Positions 57,729 through 64,000 of a DNA stretch of 64,000 nucleotides are shown here, in pieces. This DNA is from Alphaproteobacteria bacterium (GTDB lineage: Bacteria; Pseudomonadota; Alphaproteobacteria; UBA7985). The position numbers and the translations under genes were made by a program. The DNA is taken from contig CBFIIW010000001.1 in the NCBI GenBank assembly GCA_965662775.1, forward strand, positions 10,515 through 74,514, given 5' to 3'. The number at the start of each line of letters is the position of its first letter. Position 1 is the first letter of the stretch. The notes below the pieces were generated by a model that saw only the letters and a list, made by a program, of their open reading frames with translations, made no database searches and was not told where the DNA came from.

Positions 57729-59270
57729 TCAGCCCTTTTGATCGCTATCGTCAGTTAAGGACTTTTCATCGCTGGTCGCGCTGTCCGAGGTGGTTGTTCG
57801 CTTTGTGTCGCTATTGGTGTTCGACAAAGTGGTGAATGTTGTCGTGGACGTGCGTGTTGGCTGGGTTGTGATATCGGATGTCGACGTGCTCAAAGTCCCG
57901 AAACTCGATGTCGTGCTGATCGATGGTGAAGACGTGATGGTGCTTATCGTCGTTCGGGTCGATAGTGTCGTTGTGTTCACCGTCGGCGTGCGCAACGTTG
58001 TGGTGCCGATGGTGTTGCTGGCTGCGGCCGTCGTTGTGTTGCTTGAGGTGGTATCGCTGGTCTTGGTATCGGTTGTGTTGGCAGTATTTGTGGTCGCGGT
58101 TGTGGTTGCTGCTGTCGTTCCGGCGGCGCCCGCTGTGTCGGAATTCGCTCGGCGATTGTTGGTGCGATCTGAATTGTCGTCGCGATCGTTACTGCCCGTA
58201 TTCAGGAGCGCCCTGGCGGCTGAGGCTCGATCCGCTGCTTCATTCTCGGACTGCCTGCTTGTGCTGGCATTGGTTGTCTGGGTGTCTTGCGTGGTAAAGC
58301 TAGAACCGGCGTATTGATCTGGAAAGGCATCAACCCGCGCTTGAAGTGCGCTCCGGGCCTCAAAGAACAGCTCACTGGTTTTACCCTGAAGACTGTCTTC
58401 TCCCTCTTGATCGGCCATTGTATCAGCTATCTTGTCCAGGCTGCCCTCTGCGTCCTGCTGCAACGAACCGAGCGCAGAAAGCCGCTCAAAGTGGTTCTCG
58501 ACCTCTGCGAGACAGGAATTCGCGGTTTCACAGTTTTCGAGCGAGCCCAGCAACAGATACGTGGTCATGTATTCAGCCACGCCACCGGAATAGAAAAACG
58601 GGTTGTCAAACGCTTCACCAAGCTCATTCAACAGCGCTAGCAGGATTCCGTCTGGGTCTGTGAAAGCCTCAAACCCCTCTGCCCCAACAGACAAAAAACG
58701 GCGTCCACCGGCTGCCGTGTCGAGATCAAGCGTCTCGCCGTTAGCCAGTTCCATGGTCAGGGCGCCGTCATGCAGCCCAAGGTGAACCACGCCTGATGGT
58801 TCTACCAAAACGGTAAAGCGCGTGCCCCGAATGGACAAGCTGCCTACAGGCGTATCAATGCTATACGCCGCCTTATCCATTCGGCCGGTTGTGAAACGCG
58901 TTAAACCATTGACCAGCCTCAGCGCTAGATTTTGCCGCGCTCGGCCCGGGTCGTAGACGAAGGAATCTAGCAAAATCTCGGAATTCGGACCGATGCGCAA
59001 CTCGGTGCTGTCATCGAAGCGAATATCGGCGCTGGATGCCGCCAAGGCCCACACGGATTCATTGGCAAAGGTGCGCCCGCCTGATCGACCCCAGGCAAAG
59101 GCTTCGTCGAGATAGCGACGTTGTACGGCATTATTCACGGCCGTAAATGCGCCGATTTCTGGCTCTGTCGGCAGACTACCGCTGACTGCAGCAACCTGAT
59201 CTTGAGCCAGCGCAGCAGTTCCCGCTAGAGTAAACAGGGAAGCCACAACCAGTCGACCGAGGCAGTCCAT
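57729..59270 (-). CDS. secreted FecR-domain protein with CxxxxC segment and about 200-aa Thr/Ser-rich mucin-like C-terminal tail (paralog A)
   Basis: SD ggaaaggag then MDCLGRLVVASLFTLAGTAALA signal. FecR-like beta-sandwich (...IDTPVGSLSIRGTRFTVLVEPSGVVHLGL...), then CETANSC, then a tail with more than 55% Thr/Ser (TTAATTTATTNTANTTDTKTSDTTSSNTTT...). Confidence 0.6.
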   Translation of the reverse strand: MDCLGRLVVASLFTLAGTAALAQDQVAAVSGSLPTEPEIGAFTAVNNAVQRRYLDEAFAWGRSGGRTFANESVWALAASSADIRFDDSTELRIGPNSEILLDSFVYDPGRARQNLALRLVNGLTRFTTGRMDKAAYSIDTPVGSLSIRGTRFTVLVEPSGVVHLGLHDGALTMELANGETLDLDTAAGGRRFLSVGAEGFEAFTDPDGILLALLNELGEAFDNPFFYSGGVAEYMTTYLLLGSLENCETANSCLAEVENHFERLSALGSLQQDAEGSLDKIADTMADQEGEDSLQGKTSELFFEARSALQARVDAFPDQYAGSSFTTQDTQTTNASTSRQSENEAADRASAARALLNTGSNDRDDNSDRTNNRRANSDTAGAAGTTAATTTATTNTANTTDTKTSDTTSSNTTTAAASNTIGTTTLRTPTVNTTTLSTRTTISTITSSPSISTTSSFGTLSTSTSDITTQPTRTSTTTFTTLSNTNSDTKRTTTSDSATSDEKSLTDDSDQKG

Positions 59271-59481
59271 GTTCTCACGCTCCTTTCCAGACACGTATGC
59301 CTTATTTTAAATGCAAAACCCTTAAGACACAAATTTCAATGGATGCCATCTTGTTACATATTGTTTCAATTGACTGCAGGTGGTCAGGCCGTCAGACGCT
59401 GGCAACACTTCGGTTCAAATACGCCAGGTGGGATCGATCGAGCGTGGTCTTTAAGCTTCAAATGGGTCATTCAGGACAGCG

Positions 59482-60594
59482 ATGACTGATCCCATGCCCC
59501 CTGCCCCACGGAACACAAAGGCTTCGGTCCGCCTTTCGGATACCGCGCCCACAGCGCCCTCACCCGCTCACAGGTCTCCAGGCCCGAAGTTGGCGCTGGT
59601 TGTGCCTTGCTTCAACGAGGCTGCACAATTGCCCACAACCTTTCGGGCTTTGTCAGCCAAGCTGTCAAAGCTGGTAGCCGACGGTAGTATCCATTCGGAT
59701 AGCTTTGTGCTGTTCGTCGACGATGGCTCTTCGGATGAAACCTGGGACCAAATCACAGCACAGACCGCCAGCGATCCACGCTGTCAGGGCCTGCGGTTGG
59801 TGGTGAACGTAGGTCAGCAGACCGCAATTTTTGCCGGCTTACAGGCGGTCGCACTGCGTTGTGACGCAGCCCTTAGTCTTGATGCCGATCTGCAGGACGA
59901 CCTCAATGCGATAGAAGCTATGCTGGCGCATTTGGCCAAAGGTGCCGAAATCGTACTTGGCGTGCGCAGCGATCGGGACAGCGACAGCTGGTTTAAGCGC
60001 AGCAGTGCCCGGATGTTTTACCGGTTTGCACGCACGCTCGATGTGCGTTTGACCGCTGACCATGCCGACTATCGCTTAATGGCGCGGCCTGTGTTGCTGC
60101 GGCTGATGCAGTTTGGCGAACAGGATCTGTTTCTCCGGGCGACGCCGGGACTGCTGAGCGGTAACGTCGCTGTGGTGCGCTACCGGCGCTTACCTCGGGC
60201 TGAAGGCCAGTCTCACTATCCACTCTCCCGCATGCTGGGCCTGGGCTGGACGGGGATCAGTTCTTTTTCTCTCTGGCCGCTGCGGTTGATAACCCTGGTC
60301 GGCTTGCTGACTTCCGCGCTGTCTGTTCTGCTGACAGTTTACGCCGTGCTGTCCTGGGCGAGCGGCAACGCGATCGCGGGATGGACGTCAATTTTTGTCG
60401 CGCTGACGCTGTTTTCCGGGCTGACGCTTCTAGCGCTGGGAATCATCGGCGAGTACGTCGCCAAGATTTACCGCGAAGTCGTCCGTCGTCCTCGCTACTT
60501 CGTCGAGCAGAGCACGTGGCATGATGAAGAGAATGCAGCCGACGCCTCGTCCAAGCCTCAATCAACAGGCTCTTCGCTACCACGACGATCTTAA
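59482..60594 (+). CDS. family-2 glycosyltransferase, polyprenyl-phosphate sugar transferase type (GtrB/ArnC/DPM1-like) with C-terminal TM helices
   Basis: ...LALVVPCFNEA..., ...VLFVDDGSSDET..., DAD motif LDADLQDD, and two C-terminal TM segments. The true start may be an internal TTG/GTG near 59586. Confidence 0.8.
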   Translation: MTDPMPPAPRNTKASVRLSDTAPTAPSPAHRSPGPKLALVVPCFNEAAQLPTTFRALSAKLSKLVADGSIHSDSFVLFVDDGSSDETWDQITAQTASDPRCQGLRLVVNVGQQTAIFAGLQAVALRCDAALSLDADLQDDLNAIEAMLAHLAKGAEIVLGVRSDRDSDSWFKRSSARMFYRFARTLDVRLTADHADYRLMARPVLLRLMQFGEQDLFLRATPGLLSGNVAVVRYRRLPRAEGQSHYPLSRMLGLGWTGISSFSLWPLRLITLVGLLTSALSVLLTVYAVLSWASGNAIAGWTSIFVALTLFSGLTLLALGIIGEYVAKIYREVVRRPRYFVEQSTWHDEENAADASSKPQSTGSSLPRRS

Positions 60595-60621
60595 AGGCGG
60601 GTAGCCCCGCATGCGATCTAC

Positions 60622-62984
60622 TTAAATCAGTGCGGCCATGAGGTCGGCGGTCGATACCCCTGCCCCGGCAACGGCGCCGAAGGTCAACTGTATACTTAGC
60701 GTGCCAAGGTCTGTGTATTGATAGTCCGCTCCTGCGACCGACAGATTTGAAGTATTTGCCGCGCCGGGAATATCGACCGTGTCGCCGTCGGTGACATCAA
60801 AATTCGAAATGGTGAGACCAGCCGCGCCGTTCGGAATGACCAGTGAATCTGCCGCAACATCGCTCCCAAAATCGATGGTGCCCGTCAGCGCTGATTGGAG
60901 CGAAAGACTGTCTGGGCCACTTCCGCCAACGTAAGCGAACGTAGCTGAGCTTGCCGTACCAACTGACACGCTATTGCTGCCGTCACCCAGACGGAAGGTC
61001 AGCGTACCCCCGGCCTGATTGCCGACCGTCACCTGATCCGTACCTGAACCGCCATCCAGTGTAATGCTGCTGCCAAACGAGCCAGAGCCAATTGTTACGC
61101 CAGCTTGGTTGCTTATGCTAACGCTGTTGATTCCATTGCCGAGTGTTGCACTCAGATTGCCTGAATTGGCTGCGAGGCTGTTACCGAAGGTGAGCGTATC
61201 ATTTCCTGTTCCTCCAATATAGTTGATCGAAGCACCACTCGCCGCACTATCGCCAACCAACAGGTGATTGTTCCCATTCTGTAAGTCAATCACATGGGGT
61301 CTGGAGACCGCACCTTTACCAAGATTAGAAAGCGGTGAGGGTGAGGACAGGTTTGTGGCCGAGTAGCCGGCAAAAAAGTGTCAAAATTGGTTCCAGTCAG
61401 GCTGAAGTTGGCTGAGTCTGCCACCATAGCGTCCGACCAATAGGTTCCTGTGTCCAGCACGTCACCGACGGTTACGGTCAAGGTTTCGGTATAAGCGTTG
61501 CCTCCTTCGTCCGTCACTCGAACATCAAAGGTATAGCTTGTTTGAACTTCATAATCCGGCTGATTGATGAACGATAACGCCCCGGTGGTATCGTCAATAC
61601 TGAAAGCGAGGTGGTCATTGGTTATGCCATTGCTCACAAGTGCGAAAACGAAATTCGGGTTGGTGGTCTGGTCGTCGACGACCTGCAAAAGACCGACCTG
61701 AAGGGACGTTGCGTTTTCAGCGATGGAGGTGTTTGAGAGTGTAATGGCCGTGGGCGCAGCATCGCCAGTGGGTGGCGTTAGGCTGTTGGGCCCAAGTCCG
61801 GCTCCCGCCCCAGCGCCGAGACCGGTCAGCGCTTCCTCGGTGCCATCGTCCCCGTCACTGTCACCATCCTCGATTGTGCCCGGCGGAAACTTGACATTCG
61901 GCTCATAGGTTTCCTCAACCAGCCCCAGAATCGTGTTGATCTCGATGATCCCCTGATCAACCTGCGCCGTATTTCCACCGGCCTGCTGAATCTGTCCACG
62001 AATGTCAATCAAGGCCTGCTGCGCGTCCTGTAATTCGACAAAGTTTTCGCTCAACTCGGCGAGGAACTCTTGGGCAAGGGGACCACACTCGCCGCCGTTC
62101 AGACAGGCCTCAATAATCTCTGGTCCAAAGATCTCCGACTTGTACGCGACGATAAAATTCGGGTGAGCACTGGGGGTATCCGACGGCACCTGTATGCTGT
62201 TGAAGGCGGGCGTGATCCCGCGCTGCTGCACTTCAATTGTGCCGCCCTCGGATTTGGTTGCAAATAGAAAGTTCGCCAGAGGGCTATCGCCACGGGCCGT
62301 CGCCGTTAGTCGGCCTGTGGCATCGAGCATGCCAACTTCACCTGTCAGTACGGCAATGGATACTCCATCGAACGGCTCAACGAAAAATACAACCTCGCTC
62401 CCGCGGATTGCGGCTGTCCCAACCGGTGTATCGACCTTGTAAGACCCGTCAGGCATAGAACCTGTCGTCAGTTTCGCCATGCCTGAAAGGATATTGATGG
62501 ACAGGCTGCCTTCGCTGGTGCCCGGCTCGTATATGTATTCATCAAGCGAAATCTCTGAATAAGGCCCCACCGTCAGAGTTGACCAATCGTCAAAGGTCAG
62601 CACCGCTAGGCCATTTTCGTAGGAGCTCACGATTTCGTTGGAGATCAGACGGTCCCCCGCCCTGCCCTCACCGAACTTCTGATCGCGGTAAAATCGATCG
62701 ACCTGCGACTGCACCTGCTCGAACGCGCCGATCTCCACTTCGCCACGCTCCATGACTTGCTCAGCGGTCAACTCGACCAGCCCTTGCCCATGGGCCAGCG
62801 TGAGACCAAAGCCACCGGCAAAGGCCACGGATGACAAAAGCGTTCGACGATGACCTCGTCGGCCAGGCACCAGCTGACGGCCAAAGCACGAAGGTGCCAA
62901 CGGGACCCCAGCAATAGAGATCACTGGTGCGGAAGAAAGTTGATCTGTGTCGAATAAGAAGCGCATTTTACCGAAGTTTTCCAA
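60622..62984 (-). pseudogene. secreted FecR-domain / cadherin-like / Gly-Ser-rich repeat protein (paralog B), split by a -1 frameshift at a T6 run (plus-strand A6 at 61372-61377); either a pseudogene, a sequencing error or a slippage site
   Basis: The upstream ORF (61290..62984) has a signal-like RRTLLSSVAFAGGFGL, then a FecR-like domain paralogous to 57729..59270 (...VDTPVGTAAIRGSEVVFFVEPFDGVSIAVL...), then CLNGGEC, then a cadherin-like repeat (NPNFVFAL...LSFINQPDYE...VRVTDEGGNAYTETLTVTVGDV). The downstream ORF (60622..61293) is Gly/Ser-rich. Its frame is open back to 61380 and joins cleanly at T_TTT_TTG (...TNFDTF|FAGYSATNLSSPSPLSNLGKGAVSRPHVIDLQ...). Confidence 0.55.
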
Positions 62985-63079
62985 GCATTCGATAGACTTA
63001 CCTCAAAGCCGTGAATGTGCCACTGCTCTCTTACGGTTTGGTTGAATTGAAGCTGTCCAGCCGTGCCAGTTCCGCAACG

Positions 63080-63910
63080 TCAAAGACGGATTACTACGCC
63101 TTCCCGCGCAAACTCAGTCGAAACGTCCGCCTTGCCCTGTGCCGATTCTTGATTCTGCGCCTCAAGCTCCGTATCCGTCAGGCGGGGATCGTAGTGTGTT
63201 GGAATCAGCAGCGGCACGTTCGCTGCTCGACACAGGCTCTGGCCTGCCTGCCAGTGAGAATGACCCCAGCCGTGATGCTTCGGCCAGGCTTCGGGGCTGT
63301 ACATGCAGTCATAGATCACAGCATCACAGCCGGACACGAAGGCAATCAGGTCCGGGTCGGCGTCCACGTGTGTTGAATGCTCGACATCGGGGATGAAGGC
63401 AAGGCTGCGTGCCTGCTCACCCGTCCCGCCGTCAAGGCGATAAGCCAGAGCCCCACCAGGGTGATTGACCATCAATGTCTGAACTCCCACGCCACCGATG
63501 GAAAAACAAGTACCCGGCGTGAAGGCATGGAAGTTGAAAGGTTCAAGCACATCCAGACCTATGGGGGTCAATGGCGGCGCCATCAGGTAGCGCAAGGCCT
63601 GCTCTGGTCCCCGCCCGTCGAGTACAGGACCGTAGACGGGGAGCGGGTCTTTGCTTCCATGCCGGAAGAAAGGAAAGCCCAGAAGATGATCAAGGTGATA
63701 ATGCGTGAATAACAGGGCGAGGCTATCCCGCTCCACCGTTTTCATTATGCTCGAATCCAGCCGTGTCAGCCCGGAGCCGGCGTCAAGAATCAGCCCCTGA
63801 CCCTCGATCATAACAAAGAAGCACGTGGTGTCCGTGCCAAAGGACGACGGCCGTGTTGCGCTGCCCGGGTAGGAGCCGCGTACGCCCAGTGGAAGGATCT
63901 CAAAAGTCAT
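63080..63910 (-). CDS. MBL-fold metallo-hydrolase
   Basis: HxHxDH motif ...LLFTHYHLDHLLG.... 276 aa. Confidence 0.8.
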   Translation of the reverse strand: MTFEILPLGVRGSYPGSATRPSSFGTDTTCFFVMIEGQGLILDAGSGLTRLDSSIMKTVERDSLALLFTHYHLDHLLGFPFFRHGSKDPLPVYGPVLDGRGPEQALRYLMAPPLTPIGLDVLEPFNFHAFTPGTCFSIGGVGVQTLMVNHPGGALAYRLDGGTGEQARSLAFIPDVEHSTHVDADPDLIAFVSGCDAVIYDCMYSPEAWPKHHGWGHSHWQAGQSLCRAANVPLLIPTHYDPRLTDTELEAQNQESAQGKADVSTEFAREGVVIRL

Positions 63911-63952
63911 AGTCTGGCTCCAGCATCGAGGATGTGCTCCATTTCGGCCGCA

Positions 63953-64000
63953 TCACTTCTCAAGCGCCTCCCAAACGCCGGACCAGTCCTGCGTCTGATC
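63953..64000 (-). CDS. 3' end of an unidentified CDS that continues beyond the window's right edge
   Basis: An open frame enters from the right edge and ends ...DQTQDWSGVWEALEK*, with the stop at 63953-63955. Confidence 0.3.
   Translation of the reverse strand, partial: DQTQDWSGVWEALEK

Noticed and set aside
1-64000. CRISPR arrays, transposases, integrases, phage structural genes, restriction-modification or other recognisable defence genes
   Set aside because: None found. There are no spacer-repeat periodicity, no DDE or tyrosine-recombinase motifs, and no nuclease/ATPase defence-like pairs in any frame.

Overview
The window is a 64 kb, roughly 60% GC chromosomal segment that looks alphaproteobacterial. 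This is judged from gcrA, the recG-sdhE-mfd arrangement, rpoZ-spoT, and the gap/pyk pair. Most of it is housekeeping. Recognisable genes include glycolysis (gap, partial; pyk), DNA repair (recG, mfd), molybdopterin biosynthesis (cysteine desulfurase, moeA, moaE; no moaD seen), selenium use (mnmH/selU plus an FAD-oxidoreductase::SelD fusion), stringent response (rpoZ, spoT/rsh), sulfate activation (sat/cysC fusion, cysQ), an indolepyruvate ferredoxin oxidoreductase cluster, and one tRNA-Arg(TCT). No CRISPR array, transposase, integrase or prophage genes are visible. Three parts look accessory. The first is a triad of FIST sensor, PAS hybrid histidine kinase and sigma-54 activator, sitting directly upstream of gcrA. 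The second is a run of predicted secreted or outer-membrane proteins of unknown function, including FG-GAP/cadherin-like adhesins. The third, and most unusual, lies at 57.1-63.0 kb: two paralogous FecR-domain secreted proteins flank a GT2 glycosyltransferase. One carries a long Thr/Ser-rich mucin-like tail; the other carries a cadherin-like domain plus a Gly/Ser-rich beta-helix-like tail. The second paralog is split by a 1-nt frameshift inside a T6 run that forms a T_TTT_TTG slippery heptamer. A second homopolymer frameshift splits a DUF3179 gene at a G4 run. Several short tandem repeats lie inside or beside coding regions: (GCTAAG)6 encoding (AK)6, a CTG-rich run encoding poly-Leu in a signal peptide, and 12-bp repeats at a gene's 5' end. 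All calls come from reading the six-frame translations and the DNA by eye. No database searches were run.
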